Below, piece by piece: positions 54,231 through 63,442 of a stretch of 64,000 bases of DNA. The stretch comes from Steroidobacteraceae bacterium. GTDB lineage: Bacteria > Pseudomonadota > Gammaproteobacteria > Steroidobacterales > Steroidobacteraceae. The notes under the pieces were generated by a model. The model saw only the letters and a list, made by a program, of their open reading frames with translations, did no database searches and had not been told where the DNA came from. Each line of letters opens with the position of its first letter. The stretch's first letter is position 1. Position numbers and translations under genes: made by a program. The stretch is taken from assembly GCA_965279665.1 (NCBI GenBank), contig OZ257256.1, positions 1,475,871 to 1,539,870 on the forward strand. The letters run 5' to 3'.

Positions 54231-55889
54231 ATGACCAAATCCGCTGCCTTCCTCTCCTCGCTGTCGCGCAATCTCGCGGTCGCCCTGCTGAGCACGGTCG
54301 TGCTCGCAGGCTGTCTCGACGATTCACCTCAGGTCACGCCGCCAGAGATCCAGGGTGTGCCGGCGACTGAAGTGACCGCGGGCACGACGTATTACTACAA
54401 GCCCACGCTGGCGGACTCATCTGCCGAAATCCTGGCCTTCGAAATTGCCGGCAAGCCGGATTGGGCGCAGTTCGACACGGTGACCGGTGAGCTCACGGGT
54501 ACGCCCCCCGACGCTGCCGTCGGCGAAACGAATCCGATCATCATCTTTGCGAAAGTTCGCCGCGGGCAGGGCAGCATCGGGCCGTTCCGCATTCGCGTGA
54601 TCAAGCGCAACACGACCCCGGCGCCGACGCCGCCTCCCGCGCCGGCTCCCGCGCCAGCACCGGCCCCTGCGCCGGCACCCGCTCCTGCACCGGCGCCCGC
54701 TCCTGCGCCAGCCCCCGCTCCGGCACCGGCACCCGCTCCGGCACCGGCACCGGCGCCAGCCCCCGCGCCGGCTCCGGCTCCTGCGCCGAACTCGCCGCCG
54801 GTGATCTCTGGCTCGCCGCCGGCGACTGTTGTCGCGGGTCAGGCCTACCGTTTCACACCGACCGCATCGGATCCGGATGGCAATACGTTGTCGTTCGTCG
54901 CGAGCAACCTGCCGGCCTGGGCGACGTTCAGCACGACGACCGGCACGATCAGTGGCACCCCGGGCTCCGCGGCCGTGGCCACCTATAACAACATCGTGAT
55001 CAGCGTCAGCGACGGCACGTCCAGTGCCTCGATGGCCGCATTCTCGATCGCGGTCGAGGCGCCGCCGAATCGCGCGCCGACGATTTCCGGCACTCCGGCA
55101 ACGACGGTAGCGGCCACGCGCGCGTATTCCTTCCAGCCTTCGGCGACGGATCCGGACGGCAACACGTTGACGTACTCGATCACGAACCGTCCGACCTGGG
55201 CGACCTTCAGCACGTCCACCGGCCGCCTCAGCGGCACGCCGGCCACGACGAACGTGGGCAGCTACACGGGCATCGTGATCTCGGTCAGCGATGGCACGGT
55301 GAGCACGGCGTTGCCGGGCTTCTCGATCAATGTGACGGCCGCGCCGAATGCGGCGCCGACGATCAGCGGCACGCCGACGCCGTCGGTGGTGGCGGGTACG
55401 GCCTACAGCTTCACGCCGACGGCGGCCGATGCCGACGGCAACGCGCTGACGTTCAGCGTCACCAACCTGCCGACCTGGGCGACGTTCTCGTCCACGACAG
55501 GCCGCATCTCCGGCACTCCGGCTGCGACGAACGTCGGCGCGTACTCGAACATCGTGATCACGGTCAGTGACGGCACGCTGTCGGCCTCGCTGCCGGCGGC
55601 CACGATCACGGTGACCGCAGCGCCGACGGCGACGGGTAGCGCGACGCTGTCGTGGGTGCCGCCGACCGAGAACGAGGACGGCACGCCGCTCGTGGATCTT
55701 GCGGGCTACCGCATCTACTACGGCACCAGCGCGGGATCGCTGACGAATGTCATCACGATCAACAGTGCCGGGACGACGACGCAGGTGATCAGCAATCTGG
55801 CGGCGGGTACCTGGTACTTCGGTGTGCGCGCGTTCACATCGAGTGGCACCGAGAGCGCGATGTCGGGCGTCGCGAGCAAGACGATCTGA
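54231..55889 (+). CDS. secreted lipoprotein: Ig-like (He_PIG/cadherin-like) repeats, (AP)25 linker and C-terminal fibronectin type III domain
   Basis: The ATG at 54231 gives the lipobox 'LSTVVLAGC'. One degenerate and three clear ~90-aa repeats carry 'ISGTP...Y.F.P.A.D.DGN.L.FS..N.P.WATFS..TG.ISGTP...NVG.Y..IVI.VSDG'. C-terminal FN3-like 'LSWVPPTENEDGTPLVDLAGYRIYYG...GTWYFGVRAF'. Confidence 0.8.
   Translation: MTKSAAFLSSLSRNLAVALLSTVVLAGCLDDSPQVTPPEIQGVPATEVTAGTTYYYKPTLADSSAEILAFEIAGKPDWAQFDTVTGELTGTPPDAAVGETNPIIIFAKVRRGQGSIGPFRIRVIKRNTTPAPTPPPAPAPAPAPAPAPAPAPAPAPAPAPAPAPAPAPAPAPAPAPAPAPAPAPAPNSPPVISGSPPATVVAGQAYRFTPTASDPDGNTLSFVASNLPAWATFSTTTGTISGTPGSAAVATYNNIVISVSDGTSSASMAAFSIAVEAPPNRAPTISGTPATTVAATRAYSFQPSATDPDGNTLTYSITNRPTWATFSTSTGRLSGTPATTNVGSYTGIVISVSDGTVSTALPGFSINVTAAPNAAPTISGTPTPSVVAGTAYSFTPTAADADGNALTFSVTNLPTWATFSSTTGRISGTPAATNVGAYSNIVITVSDGTLSASLPAATITVTAAPTATGSATLSWVPPTENEDGTPLVDLAGYRIYYGTSAGSLTNVITINSAGTTTQVISNLAAGTWYFGVRAFTSSGTESAMSGVASKTI
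54618..54788 (+). repeat. coding Pro/Ala linker; 25 consecutive Ala-Pro dipeptides (54639-54788)
   Basis: Read codon by codon. GCN-CCN occurs 25 times with mixed synonymous codons (gcg/gct/gca/gcc and ccg/ccc/cca/cct). Confidence 0.95.
54795..55619 (+). repeat. three tandem ~270-280-bp coding repeats (Ig-like domains) in the lipoprotein gene
   Basis: Repeat boundaries lie near 54795, 55062 and 55341, ending near 55619. Blocks such as 'WATFS(T/S)(T/S)TG(T/R)(I/L)SGTP' and 'IVI(S/T)VSDGT' are conserved. Confidence 0.85.
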
Positions 55890-55893
55890 GGCA

Positions 55894-55931
55894 CGTCAGA
55901 CACTTGCGGAATTTTCCTCAAGTGTCTGACG
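55894..55931 (+). terminator. perfect 13-bp stem hairpin 4 nt after the lipoprotein stop codon
   Basis: CGTCAGACACTTG (55894-55906), a 12-nt loop cggaattttcct, then CAAGTGTCTGACG (55919-55931). No downstream T-tract. Confidence 0.5.
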
Positions 55932-56058
55932 CGTTGGTCGATGCACGATTGACGTAGGCAGCGACCGACACACAGCGTCGGCAGTTGCCGACATATTGCG
56001 GGTGAAGTCGAGAGACGGTTTACTGAATCCCACGCTTGTTTTGAAAGGAGTTCGCCGA

Positions 56059-56505
56059 GTGCGACGCGAAACGGTACTGATCGCCCTGACCACGATTCTG
56101 CTCACTGCTTGCGGTGGCGGGGAGCCGGTGGTCGAGATCCAGCCGCCCACGTCCCCGGTGACTGGAACCCCCAACACGCCGACGACGCCAACCACGCCCA
56201 CGACTCCGACGACGCCCACCACGCCGGCGCCGAGCACTCCGACGGTAGGCAGCGCATCGCTGTCATGGCTTCCGCCGACCGAGAATGAAGACGGCACGGC
56301 ACTGGTCGATCTCGCCGGGTACCGCATCTACTACGGCAACAGCAGCGCGAACCTCGATCGCGTGATCACGATCGACGGCGTCGGCACGACGCGCTATGTG
56401 GTCGACAACCTGACGTCTGGCACGTATTTCTTCGGCATCCGCGCGGTCAACCGGGCCGGGGCGGAGAGCGCGATGTCGGGCATCGCTTCCAAGACCATTG
56501 GCTGA
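56059..56505 (+). CDS. small lipoprotein: (TP)n linker plus FN3 domain, paralogous to the C-terminus of 54231-55889
   Basis: The GTG at 56059, 8 nt after AAGGAG, gives '(M)RRETVLIALTTILLTAC' with a lipobox. 'TPNTPTTPTTPTTPTTPTTPAPSTPT' linker. FN3 block 'LSWLPPTENEDGTALVDLAGYRIYYG...GTYFFGIRAV'. The ORF track starts at 55996. Confidence 0.75.
   Translation: MRRETVLIALTTILLTACGGGEPVVEIQPPTSPVTGTPNTPTTPTTPTTPTTPTTPAPSTPTVGSASLSWLPPTENEDGTALVDLAGYRIYYGNSSANLDRVITIDGVGTTRYVVDNLTSGTYFFGIRAVNRAGAESAMSGIASKTIG
56167..56244 (+). repeat. coding Thr/Pro linker repeat
   Basis: Reiterated ACN-CCN / ACG-ACG-CCN codons encoding TPNTPTTPTTPTTPTTPTTPAPSTPT. Confidence 0.9.
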
Positions 56506-56528
56506 TCAGCTGATCCGGCCTCAGCTGA
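56506..56528. terminator. short hairpin at a convergent gene junction (possible bidirectional terminator)
   Basis: The palindromic octamer TCAGCTGA occurs twice (56506-56513 and 56521-56528) with a 7-nt spacer. The two copies are part of a 12-bp direct repeat TCAGCTGATCCG. Confidence 0.3.
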
Positions 56529-57267
56529 TCCGATAGCCCAGGTCGATCCCCGCGAGCTCGAAGCCGCGCCGGAAATCCCGGACGTGCTTTCCCATCCACA
56601 CTGACGCCTGTTCGGCTTTGCCATCCGCGACGGCCTCGAGCAGGCGGCGTTGCGCCACCGAGATGCGCGCCCGCGCGTTCGGCGCCTGATCGATCATCAC
56701 GATCAATGAACTCTGCAGCAGCTGCAGCAGCGGCTCCTGCATCATCGCGAGCACGGGGTTGTTGCTGGCGGCGGCGAGCGCGCGGAAGAAGTCGCCCACG
56801 CCTTCGACGGACTCCGCCGACCGAACGCCCGGTGTGGTGGCGCTGGCGGCGAAGCGCGCGGTGGCCGCTTCCAGCACGGCGAGTTGCGGGGCGGTGCGGC
56901 GCTGCGCGGCGGCCGCGGCGAGCGGCGGTTCCAGCAGTTCGAGGGCTTCGCAGATCTGATGGACCGTGACGTCCTGCAGCGCGAGGGCGCGACTGACGCC
57001 GCGCGCGACGGCGGCCGGGGCGGGGCGCGAGACGACGAGTCGCTTCGATCCCTTGCGCCGCTCGAGCAGGCCGTTGCTCTCGAGCTCACGCAATGCTTCG
57101 CGCAGCGTCGAGCGGTTCACGCCGAGCTGGGCGGCGAGGGCGGTTTCCGTCGGCAGCGTGTCGCCATCCTTCAGTGAGCGGCTCACGATCCGTTCGCTGA
57201 TGGCGGCCGCGACGCGTCGGTAGGTCGGCTCGCTGCGGATGGGATCGAAGGCGGGAATCGTGCTCAT
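56521..57267 (-). CDS. GntR-family transcriptional regulator (FadR/FCD subfamily)
   Basis: The N-terminal wHTH 'YRRVAAAISERIVSRSLKDGDTLPTETALAAQLGVNRSTLREALRELESNGLLERR' is followed by a helical FCD-like domain. Confidence 0.88.
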   Translation of the reverse strand: MSTIPAFDPIRSEPTYRRVAAAISERIVSRSLKDGDTLPTETALAAQLGVNRSTLREALRELESNGLLERRKGSKRLVVSRPAPAAVARGVSRALALQDVTVHQICEALELLEPPLAAAAAQRRTAPQLAVLEAATARFAASATTPGVRSAESVEGVGDFFRALAAASNNPVLAMMQEPLLQLLQSSLIVMIDQAPNARARISVAQRRLLEAVADGKAEQASVWMGKHVRDFRRGFELAGIDLGYRIS

Positions 57268-57281
57268 CGCGATATCGAGCC

Positions 57282-58421
57282 TCAGCCTTGCGACATCAAC
57301 TCGCGGCCGATCAGCATCCGGCGGATCTCCTGCGTGCCGGCGCCGATTTCGTACAGCTTCGCATCGCGCAGCAGTCGGCCGGTCGGGTAGTCGTTGATGT
57401 AGCCGTTGCCACCGAGCGCCTGGATCGCTTCGAGCGCGACTTTCGTCGCGCGCTCGGCGCTGAACAGGATGCAGCCGGCGGCGTCGGCGCGTGTCACGCG
57501 GCCGGCATCGCAGGCGGCGGCGACGTCGTATACGTAGGCGCGGCTCGCGGCGAGATCGGTGTACATGTCGGCGAGCTTCGCCTGCATCAGCTCGAACGTG
57601 CCGATCGCGACGCCGAACTGCTTGCGCTCGCGCACATACGGCAGCACGGTATCGAGCGCGGCCTGCATCAGTCCGAGCGGGCCGCCGGAGAGCACGACGC
57701 GTTCATAGTCGAGGCCACGCATCAGCACGCGCACGCCGCCATTGAGCTGACCGAGCACGTTGTGCGCCGGCACTTCGCAGTCCTTGAACACGAGTTCGCA
57801 GGTGGAGGAGCCGCGCATGCCGAGCTTGTCGAGCTTGGGGCTGGTGCTGAAGCCCGCGAAGCCGCGCTCGACCAGGAAGGCGGTGATGCCGCGCGGGCCG
57901 GCGTCCGGATCGGTCTTGGCATAGACCACGAGCACGTCGGCATCAGGGCCATTGGTGATCCACATCTTCGTGCCGTTCAGCACGAAGCGGTCGCCACGCA
58001 GTTCGGCGCGCAGCTTCATCGAGACGACGTCGGAGCCCGAGCCCGCCTCGGACATCGCCAGCGCGCCGACATGCTCGCCATTGACGAGCTTCGGCAGGTA
58101 TCGGTCCCGCTGGGCGTCGGTGCCATTCAGGCGGATCTGGTTCACGCACAGGTTCGAATGGGCGCCGTAACTGAGGCCCACGGACCCCGAGGCGCGCGAG
58201 ATTTCCTCCATGGCGACCACGTGGGCGAGGTAGCCCAGGTCCGCGCCACCCCAGCGGGCGGGCACGGTGAGGCCCATCAGGCCCATCTCACCCATCTCGG
58301 GCCAGAGGTCCCGCGGGAAGTCATTGCTGCGGTCGATCTCGGCAGCGCGCGGCGCGATCCGCTCGGAGGCGAACCGGCGCACGTGCTGCTGCAGTTCCTG
58401 CAGTTCGTCGGGGAGATGCAT
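57282..58421 (-). CDS. liuA: isovaleryl-CoA dehydrogenase
   Basis: The ATG at 58421 gives '[18 protein letters not shown]'. '[14 protein letters not shown]', '[19 protein letters not shown]' and '[32 protein letters not shown]'. The rest of the 901-aa ORF-track entry is antisense to the next gene. Confidence 0.92.
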   Translation of the reverse strand: MHLPDELQELQQHVRRFASERIAPRAAEIDRSNDFPRDLWPEMGEMGLMGLTVPARWGGADLGYLAHVVAMEEISRASGSVGLSYGAHSNLCVNQIRLNGTDAQRDRYLPKLVNGEHVGALAMSEAGSGSDVVSMKLRAELRGDRFVLNGTKMWITNGPDADVLVVYAKTDPDAGPRGITAFLVERGFAGFSTSPKLDKLGMRGSSTCELVFKDCEVPAHNVLGQLNGGVRVLMRGLDYERVVLSGGPLGLMQAALDTVLPYVRERKQFGVAIGTFELMQAKLADMYTDLAASRAYVYDVAAACDAGRVTRADAAGCILFSAERATKVALEAIQALGGNGYINDYPTGRLLRDAKLYEIGAGTQEIRRMLIGRELMSQG

Positions 58422-58452
58422 GTCGGATTTCCCAAAAGAGGCTCTGGCAATA

Positions 58453-58465
58453 ATTGTCCGACAAT
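58453..58465. promoter_or_regulatory. GntR-type operator-like palindrome in the divergent liuA / carboxylase promoter region
   Basis: ATTGTC-c-GACAAT (58453-58465) fits the GT-N-AC core typical of GntR/FadR operators. It lies in the 96-bp spacer between the divergent starts. Confidence 0.45.
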
Positions 58466-58517
58466 CCGATAATAGGCGCAACCGGGGATTCTGGAGCCCC
58501 GCCTGGGAGAAACCGCC

Positions 58518-60125
58518 GTGGCTCGCCTGACCTCGCAGATCAACCCCCGCAGTGCCGAGTTCGTGGCCAACCAGGCCGCCATGCAGGCCCTCGTGTCGGA
58601 CTTGCGGACCCGAGCGGCCGCCGTCGCCCAGGGCGGCTCTACCAAGGCGGTGGAGAAGCACCGGGCGCGTGGGCGGCTGCTGGCCCGGGAGCGGGTGGAC
58701 CTGCTGCTGGACCCGGGCGCGCCGTTCCTGGAGTTCTCGCAGCTCGCGGCCCACGGCCTGTATGGCGGCGAGGTGCCGGGGGCGGGGCTGGTGACCGGCG
58801 TGGGCCGGGTCAGTGGCCGGGAATGCGTGATCGTCGCGAACGACCCGACCGTCAAGGGCGGCACGTATTACCCGATGACGGTCAAGAAGCATCTGCGCGC
58901 GCAGGAGATCGCGCGCGAGAACCGCTTGCCCTGCGTGTACCTCGTCGAGAGTGGCGGCGCCTTCCTGCCGGCCCAGGACGAGGTGTTCCCGGATCGCGAT
59001 CACTTCGGACGCATCTTTTTCAATCAGGCGAATCTGTCCGCAGCCGGCATCGCGCAGGTGGCCGTCGTGCACGGCAACTGCACTGCGGGCGGTGCGTACA
59101 TGCCCGCGATGTCGGACCAGAACGTGATCGTCCGCAACCAGGGGCAGGTGTTCCTCGGCGGGCCGCCGCTGGTGAAGGCCGCGACCGGCGAGGAGATCGA
59201 TGCGGAATCGCTGGGCGGCGCGGACGTGCACTGCCGCGAGTCCGGCGTCTGCGATCACTACGCCGAGAACGACGCGCATGCGCTCGCGATCGCACGGCAG
59301 ATTGTCGGCCGATTGAAAACACCGCCCGACACGCGACCGCCGCGCGCGCCGCGAGATCCGGCCTACGATCCGGCGGAAATCTACGGCCTGGTGCCGACCA
59401 GCCTCCGGAAGCCCTGGGATGTCCGCGAGCTGATCGCTCGCGTCGTCGATGACTCCCACTTCGAGGAGTTCAAGCAGCTGTATGGCAGCACGCTGGTCTG
59501 CGGCTTCGCGGACCTGTGCGGCTATCCCGTGGGCATCATCGCGAACAACGGCATCCTGTTCAGCGAGAGTGCTCTGAAAGGCGCGCACTTCATCGAGCTG
59601 TGCGCGCGCGAGCAGATCCCGCTGGTATTCCTGCAGAACATCACCGGGTTCATGGTCGGGCGCAAGGCCGAAGCGGGCGGCATCGCGAAGGATGGCGCGA
59701 AGATGGTGACGGCCGTGGCCTGCGCCAATGTGCCGAAATTCTCGATGATTGTCGGAGGCAGCTACGGCGCCGGCAATTACGCGATGTGCGGGCGAGCGTA
59801 TTCGCCGCGGCTGCTGTGGCAGTGGCCGAATGCGCGCACCTCGGTGATGGGCGGCGAGCAGGCGGCCAACGTGCTGCTGACGATCCGCCGCGATCAGCTC
59901 GCAAGTGAAGGCAAGCCGGCGCTGACCACGGAGCAGGAGAACGCGTTGCTCGATCCGATCCGCGCGCAATACGAACTGCAGGGCCATCCGTACTACGCCA
60001 GCGCGCGATTGTGGGACGACGGCATCGTCGATCCGCGCGACACACGGCGGGTGCTTGCGCTGGGCCTTTCGATGGCGCGCAACGCGCCGCCCGTCGAGAC
60101 ACGCTTCGGCATCTTCCGGATGTGA
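58518..60125 (+). CDS. liuB: methylcrotonyl-CoA carboxylase, carboxyltransferase (beta) subunit
   Basis: 535 aa with a GTG start. '[16 protein letters not shown]', '[14 protein letters not shown]', '[13 protein letters not shown]' and '[13 protein letters not shown]'. Confidence 0.92.
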   Translation: MARLTSQINPRSAEFVANQAAMQALVSDLRTRAAAVAQGGSTKAVEKHRARGRLLARERVDLLLDPGAPFLEFSQLAAHGLYGGEVPGAGLVTGVGRVSGRECVIVANDPTVKGGTYYPMTVKKHLRAQEIARENRLPCVYLVESGGAFLPAQDEVFPDRDHFGRIFFNQANLSAAGIAQVAVVHGNCTAGGAYMPAMSDQNVIVRNQGQVFLGGPPLVKAATGEEIDAESLGGADVHCRESGVCDHYAENDAHALAIARQIVGRLKTPPDTRPPRAPRDPAYDPAEIYGLVPTSLRKPWDVRELIARVVDDSHFEEFKQLYGSTLVCGFADLCGYPVGIIANNGILFSESALKGAHFIELCAREQIPLVFLQNITGFMVGRKAEAGGIAKDGAKMVTAVACANVPKFSMIVGGSYGAGNYAMCGRAYSPRLLWQWPNARTSVMGGEQAANVLLTIRRDQLASEGKPALTTEQENALLDPIRAQYELQGHPYYASARLWDDGIVDPRDTRRVLALGLSMARNAPPVETRFGIFRM

Positions 60126-60127
60126 CC

Positions 60128-62020
60128 ATGTTCAACACACTGTTGATTGCCAATCGAGGCGAGATTGCCTGCCGCGTGATCCGGACCGCGAAGCGGCTCG
60201 GTCTCCGCACCGTGGCCGTGTACTCGGATGCGGATGCCGGCGCACAGCATGTGCGCATGGCCGATGTCGCCGTGCGGCTCGGCCCCGCCGCGGCGCGCGA
60301 CAGTTATCTGAATGTCGAGCGCGTGCTGGCTGCGGCACGCGAAAGCGGCGCGGACGCCGTGCATCCCGGCTATGGATTCCTGTCCGAGAACACGGCATTC
60401 GCGCAGGCCTGCGCCGATGCCGGCATCGCGTTCGTCGGGCCCGGGATTGCGGCGATCGAATCGATGGGCAGCAAGCGCGCCGCGAAAGAGGCCATGGCGC
60501 GGGTCGGTGTGCCGGTGTTGCCCGGGTATCACGGTGAGCGGCAGGGGCTCGATGAACTCGAGTCCGAGGCCGAGCGCGTCGGTCTGCCATTGATCGTGAA
60601 GCCGAGCGGCGGCGGCGGCGGAAAGGGGATGCAGATCGTCACGGAGCGCGCCCAGTTGCGCGGTGCGCTCGAGGCCGCGCGCCGCCTCGCATCGAGTGCG
60701 TTCGCGGATCCGACCCTGCTGCTCGAGCGCTACCTGCCGGCGCCGCGGCATGTCGAAGTGCAGTTGCTGGCCGATACGCACGGCAAGGTGCTGCATCTGT
60801 TCACGCGGGACTGTTCGGTGCAGCGGCGGCACCAGAAGCTGATCGAAGAGGCGCCGGCGCCGGGAATTCCGGAGTCGGTGCGCGAGCGGCTGCATGCGGC
60901 GGCCGTCACGGTGGCGCGCACGATTGGCTATACGAATGCCGGCACGGTCGAGTTCCTGTACGCCGACGGCGAATTCTGGTTCATGGAAATGAACACGCGC
61001 CTGCAGGTGGAGCATCCGGTGACCGAGGCCATCACCGGACTCGATCTGGTCGAGTGGCAGTTGCGCATCGCGGCGGGTGAGCCGCTGCCGTTCGAACAGG
61101 CACAGCTCGCACTGCGCGGTCACGCGATCGAAGTGCGGGTGTGTGCGGAGGATCCGGATCACGATTTCCTGCCGAGTTCAGGGCTGTTGCATCGCGCGGA
61201 CTGGCCGGTGTCTGCCGCGGGCGTCCGGGTGGATGCGGGTTTCACGGCGGGCGATATCGTGCCGAGCGACTACGATTCCTTGCTTGCGAAGGTGATCGCG
61301 CACGGTCGCGACCGTGCTGAAGCTATCGACCGGTTGCAGGTCGCGCTGGCTCGCACCCATCTGGCGGGCGTGTCCGACAACGCGGCCTGGCTGCACCGTG
61401 CGCTCGCGACCGAGGCCTTTCGCGAGGGCGGTGTGACCACGCGATTCCTGGCCGAGCAGGCCGGGGCGCTGCAAGCGCCCGCGGATCCACCGCAGGCGGT
61501 ACTGCAAGCGGCGGCGCGCGCCGTGCTGTCCGAGCCGCGTGCGCGCGCAGCGCAGCGGAGCCAGGCATCGCCGTGGGAGATCGGCGATGCATTTCGCGTC
61601 AATCTCGCGTCGCCCAGTCAGGTCACGCTGCTCTGGCAAGGGCGCAAGCACGTGGTCGATGCGCAGGGCCATGCTCCTGTGAGTGATGTGATCACGGAGC
61701 TGCGGGGACACGACGTCGTCGCCTGGCACCGCGCCGAGAAATTCACGCTGGCGCTGCTGGATCCTCGCGAGATCGTCGCGACGAATTCAGCCGCCGAAGG
61801 CGAGCTCGTCGCCCGGCTGCCGGGGCTCATCGTGCAGCTCGCGGTGGCCATCGGCGATGCGGTCGAGGCGGGCCAGGTCGTGATGGTGGTGGAGGCGATG
61901 AAGATGGAGCACAGTATCGCCGCGCCCCAGGCGGGCCGGGTCCGCGCGCTTCACTACGCGGTGGGCGAGCGGGTGCTGGAAGGTGCGATCCTCGCCGAGA
62001 TCGAGGCGGATCCGGTCTGA
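60128..62020 (+). CDS. liuD: methylcrotonyl-CoA carboxylase, biotin carboxylase/BCCP (alpha) subunit
   Basis: The ATG at 60128 gives '[20 protein letters not shown]'. ATP-grasp 'GGGGKGM', '[14 protein letters not shown]', and the C-terminal biotinylation motif 'VVEAMKMEH'. Confidence 0.93.
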   Translation: MFNTLLIANRGEIACRVIRTAKRLGLRTVAVYSDADAGAQHVRMADVAVRLGPAAARDSYLNVERVLAAARESGADAVHPGYGFLSENTAFAQACADAGIAFVGPGIAAIESMGSKRAAKEAMARVGVPVLPGYHGERQGLDELESEAERVGLPLIVKPSGGGGGKGMQIVTERAQLRGALEAARRLASSAFADPTLLLERYLPAPRHVEVQLLADTHGKVLHLFTRDCSVQRRHQKLIEEAPAPGIPESVRERLHAAAVTVARTIGYTNAGTVEFLYADGEFWFMEMNTRLQVEHPVTEAITGLDLVEWQLRIAAGEPLPFEQAQLALRGHAIEVRVCAEDPDHDFLPSSGLLHRADWPVSAAGVRVDAGFTAGDIVPSDYDSLLAKVIAHGRDRAEAIDRLQVALARTHLAGVSDNAAWLHRALATEAFREGGVTTRFLAEQAGALQAPADPPQAVLQAAARAVLSEPRARAAQRSQASPWEIGDAFRVNLASPSQVTLLWQGRKHVVDAQGHAPVSDVITELRGHDVVAWHRAEKFTLALLDPREIVATNSAAEGELVARLPGLIVQLAVAIGDAVEAGQVVMVVEAMKMEHSIAAPQAGRVRALHYAVGERVLEGAILAEIEADPV

Positions 62021-62105
62021 GGGCGGATCCGTCTGGTTGAATGCGGCGACGTCGGAACCTCCTGCCGGGGTTTGGGTCGAACCTGCATCGAACGGAGGAT
62101 TGTCC

Positions 62106-62810
62106 ATGTCCGCGAAAACTCTCTACCGCGCCAGTCGTGCACTGGCGGTTGCCTGCGTGCTGTTCACCGGCGCCAACGTTGCCGCTGCCAAGGATGCGCC
62201 GCAGCCCAACACCGAAGGACTCGTCGAAGTGAAGGTCGCGGGCCTGCAGCAGGTGCTCGCGACGCCGGATGCCGATCTGTCGCGCTACAAGGCGGTGATG
62301 CTCGATCCGATCGAAGTGACGTTCCACAAGAGCTGGGACCCGCGTCCGGCCGGGCGCTCGCTCGATGCAGGCGAGAAGACGAAGATCCGCAAGGACATGG
62401 CCGAGGTGCTGCGCAAGGAGTTCGTCGCCGAGCTCGGCCAGGGTGGGTATCGCATCGTCGACAGTCCGGGCGATGACGTGCTGCGCGTGCGCGCGGAGAT
62501 CCGCGACCTGTACATCAACGCCCCGGATGTCGATCGTGCCGCGACGATTCGCACCTACACCCGCTCGACCGGGGAAATGACGCTCGTCGCCGAGCTGCGT
62601 GACTCGGTCAGTGGTTCGTTGATCGCCAAGGCCGTCGATCGCCGCGTCGATCCCGACAGTGCCTGGTTCGAGTGGACCACGCGCATCGACAACGCCGACT
62701 CGGCGCGGCGTGCGGCGGAGAAGTGGGCGCGGGCCCTGCGCAGTCAGCTCGATGTCGCGCGCGCCTCGCTGCCGCGCACCAACCTCGAGAGCGATCTCAA
62801 GCGTCCCTGA
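62106..62810 (+). CDS. secreted/lipoprotein-like protein of unknown function (DUF3313-like)
   Basis: The ATG at 62106 follows GGAGG. Signal peptide 'MSAKTLYRASRALAVACVLFTGANVAAA'. 'LSRYKAVMLDPIEVTFHKSWDP' resembles DUF3313 proteins, from memory only. Confidence 0.45.
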   Translation: MSAKTLYRASRALAVACVLFTGANVAAAKDAPQPNTEGLVEVKVAGLQQVLATPDADLSRYKAVMLDPIEVTFHKSWDPRPAGRSLDAGEKTKIRKDMAEVLRKEFVAELGQGGYRIVDSPGDDVLRVRAEIRDLYINAPDVDRAATIRTYTRSTGEMTLVAELRDSVSGSLIAKAVDRRVDPDSAWFEWTTRIDNADSARRAAEKWARALRSQLDVARASLPRTNLESDLKRP

Positions 62811-62932
62811 CGGCTGCGCGACGGGGCGTCGCGTCGTGCGCAATATGTAGATGTAGCAGCGCACAGGCACTTCCGCGCATGTTCCGCGGCGCGCCATCGC
62901 GCGACACTACGCGCCAACTTCAGGAGAACCGC

Positions 62933-63412
62933 ATGGCACAGTTACTCGTGGTCGCCGATGGTGGTCGGGCACGGATTCTTCGCGTGACGTCGGCCAGACC
63001 CTGGAGTTTCGAGCCTCTCGCCGACATCGAGCGCGCTGCGGTGCGAACGGGGCGACGACTGGAAGGTGCAGGACCGCGGGGTACGGGAGCATTGGCGACG
63101 GCACGCGCGGGCGCGCACAGTGACGCGGACGCCCACGCCGGTGAATTGTTGCGATTTGCCAAGCGACTGGTGACTCGACTCGATCGTGAACGTCAGGCCG
63201 GTCGCATGGACAGTCTGCTGCTGATCGTCGAGCCGAAGTTCCTCGGCGTGCTGCGCGAGCACCTCTCCGCGGCGACCCGGCGACGCGTGCGCTGGGAACA
63301 CCCGCGCGATCTGGTCCGCGCCGACGACAAGCGCATCGCGGCAGCCCTGACTCGCGGCGGTGTGGTGGGAGAGATGACTCAACTCGGCAGGCCGCTGCGC
63401 GCGGCCAGCTGA
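62933..63412 (+). CDS. host attachment protein (Host_attach family)
   Basis: The ATG at 62933 follows AGGAG. 'MAQLLVVADGGRARILRV', 'FAKRLVTRLDRE' and 'LLLIVEPKFLGVLREHL' follow the family pattern. Confidence 0.65.
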   Translation: MAQLLVVADGGRARILRVTSARPWSFEPLADIERAAVRTGRRLEGAGPRGTGALATARAGAHSDADAHAGELLRFAKRLVTRLDRERQAGRMDSLLLIVEPKFLGVLREHLSAATRRRVRWEHPRDLVRADDKRIAAALTRGGVVGEMTQLGRPLRAAS

Positions 63413-63442
63413 GGGACTATCGACACGCACCGGGAGGTTGCC

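Noticed and set aside
54639-54788. A highly regular repeat that might have been a CRISPR array or a phase-variable microsatellite
   Set aside because: It is in-frame coding sequence for (Ala-Pro)25 with mixed synonymous codons. It has no spacers and no perfect DNA repeat unit.
57282-59987. 901-aa minus-strand ORF
   Set aside because: Only the C-terminal 379 aa (from ATG 58421) is isovaleryl-CoA dehydrogenase. The N-terminal ~520 aa is the antisense frame of the carboxyltransferase gene.
59993-62897. 389-aa (59993-61162) and 356-aa (61827-62897) minus-strand ORFs
   Set aside because: They are antisense to the carboxylase alpha subunit and the DUF3313-like gene. The sequences are Arg/Pro-rich junk.
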